Under the pieces are notes generated by a model. It saw nothing but the letters and a program-made list of their open reading frames with translations. It had not been told where the DNA came from and made no database searches. 64,000 nt of DNA from an uncultured cyanobacterium (GTDB lineage Bacteria > Cyanobacteriota > Cyanobacteriia > Cyanobacteriales > CAWCAG01), in the NCBI GenBank assembly GCA_963803805.1, contig CAWDOD010000004.1, positions 32,001-96,000 of the forward strand, given 5' to 3'. Position numbers and translations under genes: made by a program. Below, one piece after another: positions 31,586-41,727 of the stretch (the stretch's first letter is position 1; every line of letters begins with the position of its first letter).

Positions 31586-33037
31586 TTACTCTTCCGTTGT
31601 TTCTTCTTCCATCTTATCAGTTTGGTGAGTAACAAAGTTTTGGGTAACACTGGCTACACTAGCCAAGAAACTCAACAGAGGATTAAGAAGTCCGTCTTGA
31701 GTATCAGAGGTGATAACAGTTGTACGCTGCTCTTGGGGAGTTGGTAGATTTTTGGCAATTTCTGGCAATTTAGCGATTAACTGATCCTGGAGATAATTTT
31801 CAGAGAGTTGATTTTCAAGATCATGTCTTTTCTGCTCTAAATCTAGGAGGCGATCGCTTTGGGCAACCTTGGCGAGATCCTGCAATTCTTCTATCTCCAA
31901 ATTTCCAGCAACATCAGCACGGGTTTTCTGACCTTGCACCACATCTAACTGAATTTGTTGCTGCACCTTCTCAATTTCAGCAGCAATGCGCTGTTTTTCT
32001 AACTCTACTTCCTGCAAAACCAACTCCACCTTGGCTTGATTACGGGCTTGAGCAGTACGATTCTTTTCTAGAATAATTTGTCGCTCTGCTTCTTGCTCCA
32101 CTTGGTTGCGACGGAGACGCTCTGTCTGTTCCCTGTCATAGGTAATCCTGGCTTGCTCAGCTTGTAACTGCTGAATTTCACTGGCGGTACTTAATTCACC
32201 TCGCTCATTGCTAAAGCGATTTTCTAATTCTCGTGCCTTAATTTCCTCTTCACTTTCTAGTTGTGCTAAACGGGCTAACTTCTCTCTTTCTGCTCGGAAG
32301 GGAGCTTGCAAATTCTGCCACAATTGGGTTGAGCTAACAACTGCTTCTTTGATCTGCACTGTGACAATCTTCAAACCTAGCCCTTCTGAGCTGGAATTTT
32401 GGTTATTGTCATCCTGATTGCCCTCAGCTACAGTCCGGAGGCGGTGAGTCAATTCCTCAATAATCGGTTGTTTGTCACTTAATACTTCATCAATGCTGAG
32501 AGTAGCAACTTTATCTTTGATGGCTGCTTCAGCTTGTTCTCGCAACTGCAAGTTAATGATACCCATGGGGTCTTCTGGGTCAGAAAAATCTAGTTTCCAA
32601 TAGGCAGTTCTGATGTCGTCAATAATCCACTGGACATAGGCTTGCACCAAAAGACCCTGGCGCTCAATACAGATACATTTAGCATCAATAAGGATAGTTT
32701 GAACAGAAGCAGGAATAACGAGAAAGGAGTCGGTGAGGGGGTTGAAGCGGAAGGAAAGTCCCATACCAATGTGGAGGGGTTCGGCATGACCACGGCGGCT
32801 GTGAACAGTGTAGAGATTGGGAGGGACAATCAGGCTTTTCCAGATCCCGAAGCCAGTAATGCGGTAATCAACCGCTTTGCCTACAGGAGCCGAAGCAGTA
32901 CTAAGAGGGGCTAAAGGAGAGGAAGGAGAGGAAGAGCGTTCAGCACGGCGGCGAGGTCGACTGAGTTTGAGGTTCGCCTCAGCTTGTTCATCCAAGACTT
33001 GCCGTAAGTAAGTATTCTCTTCTTGTTTTTTGTTCAT
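31586..33037 (-). CDS. SPFH/flotillin-like protein with long coiled coil
   Basis: Band-7-like core (VQAYVQW, LREQAEAAIKDKVA, GLKIVTVQIKE) followed by an E/Q/R/A-rich coiled coil. Confidence 0.75.
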   Translation of the reverse strand: MNKKQEENTYLRQVLDEQAEANLKLSRPRRRAERSSSPSSPLAPLSTASAPVGKAVDYRITGFGIWKSLIVPPNLYTVHSRRGHAEPLHIGMGLSFRFNPLTDSFLVIPASVQTILIDAKCICIERQGLLVQAYVQWIIDDIRTAYWKLDFSDPEDPMGIINLQLREQAEAAIKDKVATLSIDEVLSDKQPIIEELTHRLRTVAEGNQDDNNQNSSSEGLGLKIVTVQIKEAVVSSTQLWQNLQAPFRAEREKLARLAQLESEEEIKARELENRFSNERGELSTASEIQQLQAEQARITYDREQTERLRRNQVEQEAERQIILEKNRTAQARNQAKVELVLQEVELEKQRIAAEIEKVQQQIQLDVVQGQKTRADVAGNLEIEELQDLAKVAQSDRLLDLEQKRHDLENQLSENYLQDQLIAKLPEIAKNLPTPQEQRTTVITSDTQDGLLNPLLSFLASVASVTQNFVTHQTDKMEEETTEE

Positions 33038-33224
33038 GGGGCTTTATTAATATAAACTTTAGGGCGATCGCCTTTGAGGTTGAAACAGTGAAGACAGAGA
33101 AGTAGGGGCAGTAAGACAATTAGCCATTAACCATTAACAATTAGCAAAAAACAGTTAATCCAAGTTAGAATTATTAAGAAATCTTTAGATTAATAACGTA
33201 AATCAACGTCCCTGACCTTTCAAT

Positions 33225-35018
33225 ATGTCTCTTCCCATTCGCAATCTTGCTATTATTGCCCACGTCGATCACGGTAAAACAACCTTAGTTGATGCTTTAC
33301 TGAAACAATCTGGTATCTTTCGCGAAGGGGAAGAGATTCCTGATTGCGTCATGGACTCCAATGCCTTAGAACGAGAAAGAGGCATTACCATTCTTTCTAA
33401 AAATACCGCCGTTAATTACAAAGATACCCTAATTAATATTGTTGATACCCCCGGACACGCCGACTTTGGTGGGGAAGTTGAACGAGTTTTGGGTATGGTT
33501 GATGGTTGTATTTTAATTGTCGATGCCAACGAAGGGCCAATGCCCCAAACCCGGTTTGTTCTCAAAAAAGCTTTAGAAAAGGGCTTACGTCCCATCGTTG
33601 TTGTTAATAAAATTGATCGCCCCAATGCTGATCCTTTTGGGGCAGTAGATAAGGTTTTAGATTTATTTATTGAATTAGGGGCTGATGATGATCAGTGTGA
33701 CTTCACCTATTTATTTGCCTCTGGTTTAGAAGGTTACGCCAAAGAAGACTTAGAAGCAGAAGGGGTAGATATGCAGCCCCTGTTTGAAGCAATTCTGCAA
33801 CACGTTCCCCCTCCGGTAGGAGATGTTAATAAGCCTTTGCAGCTACAAGTGACAACTTTGGACTACTCTGATTATGTCGGGCGGATTGTCATTGGTAGAA
33901 TCCACAACGGTATTATTAAAGCAGGACAACAAGTAGCTTTGGTTCAAGAAGGAGGCAAAACCACCAAAGCGAAAGTAACTAAGTTAATGGGGTTTGAAGG
34001 ATTGAAGCGGGTGGATCTCGAAGAGGCTTCGGCTGGAAATATTGTTGCTGTAGCAGGATTTGCTGATGCGAATATTGGTGAAACTCTCACCTCCCCAGAA
34101 GATCCTCAAGCTTTACCCTTAATTAAGGTAGATGAACCTACCTTACAAATGACCTTTTCTGTTAACGATTCTCCTTTTGCAGGACAGGAAGGCAGTTATG
34201 TTACCTCCCGGCAAATTCGCGATCGCTTATTAAGGGAATTGGAAACCAACGTTGCTTTGCGGGTTGAAGACACTGACTCTGCCGAGAAGTTTTCTGTTTC
34301 AGGACGTGGAGAACTCCATTTAGGTATCTTAATTGAAACGATGCGACGAGAAGGTTATGAGTTTCAGGTTTCCCAACCCCAAGTTATTTACCGAGAAATC
34401 AATGGGCAACCTTGTGAACCTTATGAGTATCTTGTCGTAGATGTTCCCGAAGCAGCCGTAGGTAGTTGCATTGAACGTTTGGGGCAGCGTAAAGGGACAA
34501 TGCAGGATATGCAGGTGGGTAGCAACGGGCGTACCCAATTGGAGTTTGTCATACCTGCTAGGGGTTTAATTGGCTTCCGGGGAGAATTCCTCCGCTTAAC
34601 TCGTGGTGAAGGGATCATGAACCATAGTTTCTTAGAATATCGTCCTTTGATGGGAGACTTAGAAACTCGTCGCAATGGTGTAATTGTAGCTTTTGAAGAA
34701 GGAGTAGCCACTTTCTACGCTTTAAAGAATGCTGAAGATCGCGGCGTTTTCTTCATCACTCCAGGGGTGAAAGTTTATAAAGGTATGATTGTGGGAGAAC
34801 ACAATCGTCCCCAAGATTTGGATCTTAATGTAGCGAAAACCAAGCAATTAACCAATCACCGTGCGGCTAGTGGAGATGAATTAGTACAGCTACAATCTCC
34901 TATCGAAATGAGTTTAGAAAGGGCTTTAGAATACATCACTACCGATGAATTGGTAGAAGTTACTCCTGAGTCTATTCGTTTACGGAAAATGAAGACCAAG
35001 AAGTTAGCTAAACGCTAA
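33225..35018 (+). CDS. typA: Translational GTPase TypA/BipA
   Basis: [56 protein letters not shown]. Confidence 0.97.
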   Translation: MSLPIRNLAIIAHVDHGKTTLVDALLKQSGIFREGEEIPDCVMDSNALERERGITILSKNTAVNYKDTLINIVDTPGHADFGGEVERVLGMVDGCILIVDANEGPMPQTRFVLKKALEKGLRPIVVVNKIDRPNADPFGAVDKVLDLFIELGADDDQCDFTYLFASGLEGYAKEDLEAEGVDMQPLFEAILQHVPPPVGDVNKPLQLQVTTLDYSDYVGRIVIGRIHNGIIKAGQQVALVQEGGKTTKAKVTKLMGFEGLKRVDLEEASAGNIVAVAGFADANIGETLTSPEDPQALPLIKVDEPTLQMTFSVNDSPFAGQEGSYVTSRQIRDRLLRELETNVALRVEDTDSAEKFSVSGRGELHLGILIETMRREGYEFQVSQPQVIYREINGQPCEPYEYLVVDVPEAAVGSCIERLGQRKGTMQDMQVGSNGRTQLEFVIPARGLIGFRGEFLRLTRGEGIMNHSFLEYRPLMGDLETRRNGVIVAFEEGVATFYALKNAEDRGVFFITPGVKVYKGMIVGEHNRPQDLDLNVAKTKQLTNHRAASGDELVQLQSPIEMSLERALEYITTDELVEVTPESIRLRKMKTKKLAKR

Positions 35019-35073
35019 AAACTTGGTACTTAGTCATACCAATTCTTGCTCGTTTGTTTGTCAGGGGTTAAGC

Positions 35074-35105
35074 AGGAAAGGGGAAGGAAATTTTCCCCTT
35101 TTCCT
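35074..35105. terminator. Hairpin between convergent typA and the hypothetical gene
   Basis: AGGAAAGGGGAA pairs with TTCCCCTTTTCCT. Confidence 0.55.
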
Positions 35106-35140
35106 AACCAACTTATCAATTGCGAATTATCCATTGGTAA

Positions 35141-35512
35141 TTAGTTTTTGTTCTTTCTGCGCCAAAACACTAAAGGTCTAATCAACTTAGCTCTACTCTT
35201 CTTTTCACCTTGCTTCTGCTCTTTTCTACTGTCTTGTATCTTAGTACTTTTGATTTGTTCTCTAGCTCTTCTTTGTGCTTCAGATAAATTAACTTTGCTA
35301 GAAGTGGTTTTAACAACTCCATCTAACCTATTTGTCCAAGTTTCGCCAGGCTGTTCCTTAGTTAGTCGCCAGTTGATTATTAACCCCCAACATAATCCAC
35401 CAATAGCACCTAAAACTATACTTACAGGTATTGATATGCCGATAGATACAAAGGCTAGAAGCAAAAGGAGGAAGACTATTAAGCCTGAAGACACTGCTTC
35501 GTCTTTAAACAT
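35141..35512 (-). CDS. Hypothetical small membrane protein
   Basis: ATG start, two hydrophobic helices, basic C-terminus; same strand as its upstream neighbours. Confidence 0.6.
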   Translation of the reverse strand: MFKDEAVSSGLIVFLLLLLAFVSIGISIPVSIVLGAIGGLCWGLIINWRLTKEQPGETWTNRLDGVVKTTSSKVNLSEAQRRAREQIKSTKIQDSRKEQKQGEKKSRAKLIRPLVFWRRKNKN

Positions 35513-35590
35513 AGGTTATACCAATTCTCATTAATTCAATAATATAGGCTTAGGGGGCAGCAAATAATTGATAGTTGATATTACTCCGTA

Positions 35591-36247
35591 TTACTTAATC
35601 ACCCTAACAGGAGTTCCCACTTCTATTTGTTCAAATAAAGCGATCGCATCTTCATTGCGCATTCGTACACAACCGTGGGAAACAGCTTGCCCAATAAGTT
35701 TTTCGTTAGGAGTACCATGGAAGCCAATAACATCTTTGCCATCACTCCAAAAGCCAATCCACCTTTTCCCCAAAGGATTATTAGCCCCTGGTGGAATTAA
35801 CTCTCCGGTGAAAGGATTCTCCCAAGTTGGTTCAACAACCATTTGTTGAACTTGAAAATCACCTAAAGGGGTTTCCCAGCCTTGTTTGCCAATAGCCACA
35901 GGATAGCTTACTTGAAGTTGACCATGGCGATATAAATAAACTAGGCGATCGCTCAAACTCAAAATTATCTGAGTGCCGTCAGCATTAATTCCCCTAGGAA
36001 TTGGTTGGGCTGGTAAAAATTGATCAGCTTCTCCCAAAGGTGGCACTTGCAACTTATCGAAAATCCTGGGAGGAGAAACAACAACCGCTATGGTATTAAG
36101 AGTTTGTGGTGATGCAGAAGTCGTAGATGCCCCCGCAGGTAAACTATCGCCCAAACAGAAGAATGTTGCGCTAGAACTAGTTAACAGTAGAAAATACCAA
36201 CGCTTTCGGCTGATCAATAATAAATCAATGACAAATGAAACTACCAT
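35591..36247 (-). CDS. L,D-transpeptidase (YkuD family)
   Basis: YPVAIGK, ETPLG, NPLGKRWIGF, IGFHGT, SHGCVRM; true start uncertain. Confidence 0.9.
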   Translation of the reverse strand: MVVSFVIDLLLISRKRWYFLLLTSSSATFFCLGDSLPAGASTTSASPQTLNTIAVVVSPPRIFDKLQVPPLGEADQFLPAQPIPRGINADGTQIILSLSDRLVYLYRHGQLQVSYPVAIGKQGWETPLGDFQVQQMVVEPTWENPFTGELIPPGANNPLGKRWIGFWSDGKDVIGFHGTPNEKLIGQAVSHGCVRMRNEDAIALFEQIEVGTPVRVIK

Positions 36248-36759
36248 CTTCCTCGAACAGGAGTATTTGTAGGAGCAGTTTGCTGTACTCCAGGATTATT
36301 ACACATCACTAAAGCACCTTTTTCTACCGGGGGGCCGCCAAATCTGCGGGCTACGTTAGCCGGAAACCAAACTTCAGCAGTTTGACCTTCAATGGCTAAA
36401 ATCATCACATATTCAAAATCGGGACGATCTGCATCAAAAACCCGCCTTTCTTGGCGAGGAACTACCAATTTAACTTCTCTACCAATAGGATAGCGCCCAA
36501 TTGGATCTCCGCTTTGTACTGCTGTGGGTTCACGGTAATAGGGAACTCCTGGCCCAGTAATGCCAGAGGGAGTAGCGGCGATTTTGCGGCAGATGGTTTG
36601 TCTGGGGGGAATCGGTTGAACTTGGGCAATTTCTAAAGTACCTTCCTTCACTTCAGCCGTGTTGCCTGGGGCTGAAGGTAAAGGGAGAATTGCCAGGGAA
36701 AGTAAACCTAGATAGGTTAAAGGTTTGCTATAGCTACGCAATGTTTTCATGGATGCCAC
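36241..36759 (-). CDS. Secreted hypothetical protein, possibly a divergent SH3b-like domain
   Basis: Signal peptide; Cys-flanked core (CRKI...LVMC); C-terminus PVRGRW. Confidence 0.6.
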   Translation of the reverse strand: MASMKTLRSYSKPLTYLGLLSLAILPLPSAPGNTAEVKEGTLEIAQVQPIPPRQTICRKIAATPSGITGPGVPYYREPTAVQSGDPIGRYPIGREVKLVVPRQERRVFDADRPDFEYVMILAIEGQTAEVWFPANVARRFGGPPVEKGALVMCNNPGVQQTAPTNTPVRGRW

Positions 36760-37012
36760 TCCTTATTCAATCAACCGTTATAGTATCAGTTCCTCTTCAA
36801 AAAAATCTCTATCTTTATTCCGGTTCTACATAAATAATACGGAACTCTAAATAATTTATTATACTTAAGTAAGTATTCACTTATTAATTGCCATAAAATT
36901 ATTAAGAATAGGGTAATATTAAGTAACATTGAAATATATTAAATTTATATTAAGCTCACCATTCTTTCATAAAAACCTTTAGCTCAACTGTCAACAAAGG
37001 ACGAAACTAGTC

Positions 37013-38476
37013 GTGACTCAAATAGTGCCAGAAGACGAGCAAAAACGAACTCCGGGAACCACCTCTACCTCTACACAAGAACAAGAGGTCATAGAACAAG
37101 AAATAGAAATAGTCTTAACCCCAGCAGAAGAAACAGAACCAGTTGCAAAAAATAATTGGCTTTCTGGCAAACGGGGTTTATTGTTGGGTATGTTTATGGG
37201 TATTTTACTCGCTCTTGTGGGAGGCCGATTTTTAGGAGCAAGGCAGCAAGAGACTCCTAGCCAAGAACAATCTCCTCCTGCCACTAGTACATCTAGTCAA
37301 AGTGCTACGGTGACAGAAGTAACACTAGGTACAGTAAGCAGTTCCATTGAAGCAACTGGCACTATTGCTCCTTTCAAAGATATTGAAGTTTATTCTCCTG
37401 CCTCCAACTTACAAGTGGAACAAGTTTCAGTAGAGGAAGGAGACTATGTGGAAAAAGGGGCGGTAATGGCTGTTCTAGATAAATCCCAACTACAAGCACA
37501 ACTTACCCAGGCTAATGGTTCTGTGTTGCAAGCAGAGGCGCGTTTAGCAGAAGTTAGAAACGGTTCTCGTTCTGAAGAATTAGCTAGGGCTAAACAAGAT
37601 GTCAGAAGCGCTCAAGCGAGGCTAAATCAAGCACAATCAGGTTTCCAATTAGCTCAAAAGCGAGTCCAACGTAATAGTTATCTGGCCCAAGAAGGAGCCA
37701 TTTCTCGTGATGCCTTAGATGAGATTGTTAACGAACAGAGCAGCAGAGTTAGTGATGTTGAAAATGCTGAAGCTTCTTTAGCCCAAGCCCAAGAGCAGCT
37801 TAAGGAATTAGAAGCCGGGGAACGGCCAGAAGTAATAGATCAAGCCCAAGGTCAATTAGCACAGGCCCAGGGGCAAGTAGCAGCTATTGAAGCCCAACTC
37901 CAGGATACTCGTGTACTGGCTCCTGTGAGCGGTAAGGTTACAGAAGTTCCTGTCAATGTTGGTAAAGTGGCTTCTGGAGTTCTGTTTAAAATGACGGCTA
38001 ACGGTAACTTAGAATTACAACTCAAAGTTCCTGAAACCCAACTATCCCAAATCCAACCAGGACAAAGGGTTGAAGTAACCTCTGATCGAGATGGTCGAGT
38101 CGATATGGCTGCTAGGGTTCGGGAAATAGATCCAGTTGTAAATGAAGAATCTCGCCAGGCGATTGTTAAAGTACCTTTACCCGATACGGGAACTCTACGT
38201 CCAGGAATGTTTTTGCGGGGTAACATTATTACTTCTTCCACAATTGGCGTGAAAATACCCTCTGAAGCAGTCTTACCCCAGTCTGATGGTAGCGGTAAAG
38301 TATTTGTGGTGAATGAAGAAAATATTGCCCAATCTAAAGATGTTGTATTAGGTGATCCTTTGCCAAATAACGAAATCCATATTAAAAGCGGCTTAGATAA
38401 AGGCGATCGCATCGTTGTTAAAGGTGCATCCTATATCAAGGATGGGGATAAAGTCGATGTGGTCAGCGCGCTTTAA
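37013..38476 (+). CDS. RND efflux periplasmic adaptor (membrane fusion protein)
   Basis: One TM helix; VEEGDYVEKGAVMAVLD lipoyl half; coiled coil; APVSGKV; LRPGMF. Confidence 0.9.
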   Translation: MTQIVPEDEQKRTPGTTSTSTQEQEVIEQEIEIVLTPAEETEPVAKNNWLSGKRGLLLGMFMGILLALVGGRFLGARQQETPSQEQSPPATSTSSQSATVTEVTLGTVSSSIEATGTIAPFKDIEVYSPASNLQVEQVSVEEGDYVEKGAVMAVLDKSQLQAQLTQANGSVLQAEARLAEVRNGSRSEELARAKQDVRSAQARLNQAQSGFQLAQKRVQRNSYLAQEGAISRDALDEIVNEQSSRVSDVENAEASLAQAQEQLKELEAGERPEVIDQAQGQLAQAQGQVAAIEAQLQDTRVLAPVSGKVTEVPVNVGKVASGVLFKMTANGNLELQLKVPETQLSQIQPGQRVEVTSDRDGRVDMAARVREIDPVVNEESRQAIVKVPLPDTGTLRPGMFLRGNIITSSTIGVKIPSEAVLPQSDGSGKVFVVNEENIAQSKDVVLGDPLPNNEIHIKSGLDKGDRIVVKGASYIKDGDKVDVVSAL

Positions 38477-38537
38477 TAAATAATTGAGCTTCAAATACGA
38501 CATTCCCTATTTTTCCTATTCCCTCAAACCTTAAAAA

Positions 38538-41500
38538 ATGTCTTTTCACGTTTCTTCTTGGTCAATTAAAAATCCGGTTCCCACCATCGTTATGTTTCTG
38601 GTATTGGGAATCTTTGGCATCTTTTCTTTTCTGCAACTGGGAATAGATAGTGAACCCAATATTGATGTTCCGGCAGTAATTATCAGCGTGGGGCAACCGG
38701 GGGCGGGCCTGCGGAATTGGAGAACCAGGTTACTAAAGAAATTGAAGATGCCGTAGCCGGGTTAGGAAATATAGATAAAATCACTTCTACCGTTGTGGAG
38801 GGAAGTTCAACTACAGTAGTTGAATTTACTTTAGGTACAGATACAGACCGCGCCACCAATGATGTCCGTAATGCTGTATCCCAAGTTCGTAGCCAACTGC
38901 CCCAAGATGTCAACGACCCCATTGTCAGGCGTTTAGAGTTTGCTGGTGGTTCGATTATGACCTACGCTGTCTCTTCCCCACAGCTTTCAGTAGAAGAGTT
39001 AAGCGATCTGGTAGACCGTAAAATTAGTCGCGCTTTATTAACGGTGAAAGGGGTTGCTGAAGTTAATCGTAACGGCGGGGTTGATCGAGAAATTCGTGTT
39101 GATCTTGATCCTTCTCGACTGCAAGCCTATGGTATCACAGCAACTCAGGTTAACGACCAAATCCGCAGCTTAAATGTGAACTTACCGAGTGGACGCTCAG
39201 AAATTGGCGGTGGGGAACAGAATGTCCGTACCTTGGGTAGTGCAGAAACTGTTGCAGATTTAAAAGAATATGGTATTGTTCTGCCCAATGGTGGTAGCGT
39301 CCGTCTTTCTAATTTAGGGGAAGTAACCGATAGTTTCGCTGACCCCAGGCAATCAGCTTATTTAAACGGTGAACCTGTGGTTAGTTATTCTGTTCTCCGC
39401 AGTACAGGTAGCAACCTTGTCACTGTAGAAGAAGGGGTCAAGAAGAAAGTTGAGGAACTGAAAAAAACCTTACCGGGAGATGTCAAACAAGAACTGATTT
39501 TCACCCGCGCCGATGAAGTACGGGCTTCTTATCAAGCGACGATTGGGGCTTTGATTGCAGGTTGTTTGTTAACCATCGTCACAGTGTGGTTATTTTTGCG
39601 AGATTGGCGAGTTACCTTAATTACTGCCTTAGCCTTACCTCTTTCTATGATTCCTACTTTCATGGTGATGAAGACTTTAGATTATACCCTCAACGGTATG
39701 ACTCTTTTGGCTTTAGCCCTAGCAGTGGGAAACTTGGTGGACGATGCAATTTGTATGATTGAAAACATCGACCAGCATTTACAAATGGGAAAAAGGCCCT
39801 TTCAAGCAGCCTTGGATGGGGCGAGGGAAATTGGTTTAGCTGTAGTTGCCACCACTGCTACCATTGTGGCAGTTTTTGTCCCTGTGGCTTTTATGGGAGG
39901 TATACCAGGTCAGTTTTTCCAACCTTTTGGGATTACCGTTGCGGTTTCCACAATGTTTTCTACCTTAGTGGCGGTAACGATGACTCCAATGCTAAGTGCT
40001 TATTTGTTGCAACCTAAATATACTAATACCCCAGAAACCAATGGTCATAACCCCAATTTTAATGGTAATGGCCACCACAAACCTCCTCAAAAACGCTTCC
40101 ATCCCTACCGCAACCTTCTTACTTGGTCTTTAAAACATCGCATTACCACCTTAATTGTTGCCGTAGTCTTTTTTATCGGTAGTTTGCAACTTATCCAGTT
40201 TATCCCCAAAGGTTTGTTTGATAGTGGGGATACTGGCATCAGCATTGTTAGTATTGATCTTCCTGCGGGTTCGCAACTCCAAGAAACCGAAGCTGTATTG
40301 GCACAGTTGAATGAAATACTCTTACCTAATCCCAATATTAAAAGTGTTTTAGGAACATTAGGGGGTGACAGTGTTGATCAAGGTACTGCGGTTGTTAGCC
40401 TTGTACCCAAAAGCGAACGAGACTTGCATCAAAGAGAAATTGAGCAACAAATGCGTCAAGAATTTGCTCGTATTCCTGGGGCAAGGGTAAGCTTCCAGAG
40501 TCAAGGGGCCTGGAGGAGGTAGCAAAGAACTATCTATTGTCTTGCAAAGTGAAAATGCTGAAACTTTAAACGAAACTGCTGAAGCTTTGGAAAGTCAAAT
40601 GAAAGAGATTCCTGGTTTAGTGGAGGTGGTTTCTAGTACCAGTTTGGTGAAACCAGAAATTATCATTGAACCAGATGCGGCTAGGGCAGCAGATTTAGGT
40701 GTTTCGGTACAAGCAATTTCCCGTACCGCTGCTTTGGCTTTGATTGGTGACAGTGAGTCTAATTTAGCTAAATTTAACCTTGCTGATCGTCAAATTCCTA
40801 TCCGGGTTAAAATTACCTCTGATGCTACCGATGACCTAGAAACCCTTAAAAATCTTATGGTTCCCCGTGGCGATGGCGGTGGCTTAGTTCCCCTCACTTC
40901 CGTAGCTAATATTCGCTTAGGTAGTGGTCCAGCAGAAATTGAACGTTTAGATCGTAGCCGTCAGGTTTTGGTGGAAGCGAATTTAGAAGGTGTTTCTTTG
41001 GGGGAGGCAATGGATCAGGTGAGGACTTTACCCATCATGAATCCCCTCCCTCCTGATGTTTCTGAACAACCTTTCGGCGAAGCAGAAATCATGCGAGACA
41101 TCTTCACCCGCTTCGGCAGTGCCTTGGGTTTAGCTGTTCTCTGCATTTACGTAATTTTGGTACTGTTGTACAACAACTTCCTCTATCCCTTCGCCATTTT
41201 AGTTGCCTTACCCCTCTCCATTGGTGGTGCGTTGTTAGGTTTGTTGGTGACACAAAAAGAGTTAGGTTTATTCGCCTTGATTGGTATTGTCCTCTTAATG
41301 GGATTAGTAACTAAAAATGCTATCCTCCTGGTGGATTTCGCCCTTTCTGGTCAAAGAGAAGGTAAAAAGCAGTTTCAAGCTGTTGTGGGGGCAGGAATAT
41401 CCCGCTTACGACCGATTCTTATGACCTCCATTTCTACGGTTGCAGGGATGATCCCCATTGCCTTAGAATTAGGGGCAGATGGTGAAGTACGTAGCCCCAT

Positions 41501-41699
41501 GGCGATCGCCGTTATTGGTGGTTTTACTACTTCTACTCTTTTAACCTTAGTGGTTGTGCCAGTACTATTTACCTATGTAGACAACCTTGTACATTGGTTA
41601 GGTAAACTCTTCGCTGGGGGGCAAGATCGAGAAGAAACTATAGAAGGCGATGGCTTAAGCCAAGAAACTGTGACCACTGGTAATGGCAAGCTGAATTAA
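38538..41699 (+). CDS. RND efflux permease (AcrB/AcrD/AcrF family), split by two apparent 1-nt frameshifts (about 38707 and about 40508)
   Basis: Three consecutive in-register fragments: SWSIKNPVPT, LVDDAICMIENI, GLVTKNAILLVD, RLRPILMT. Repaired junctions read PGAGPAELENQVT and SQG(P/A)GGGSKELSIVLQS. Confidence 0.88.
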
Positions 41700-41727
41700 T
41701 TTTATAACATCAACTTCTTAATTTGGT

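Noticed and set aside
35148..35534. 128-aa + strand ORF
   Set aside because: TTG start and antisense to a more plausible ATG-started membrane protein gene co-oriented with its neighbours.
38538..41699. Three separate RND genes or programmed ribosomal frameshifting
   Set aside because: The fragments join seamlessly with single-base repairs; no slippery heptamer seen.
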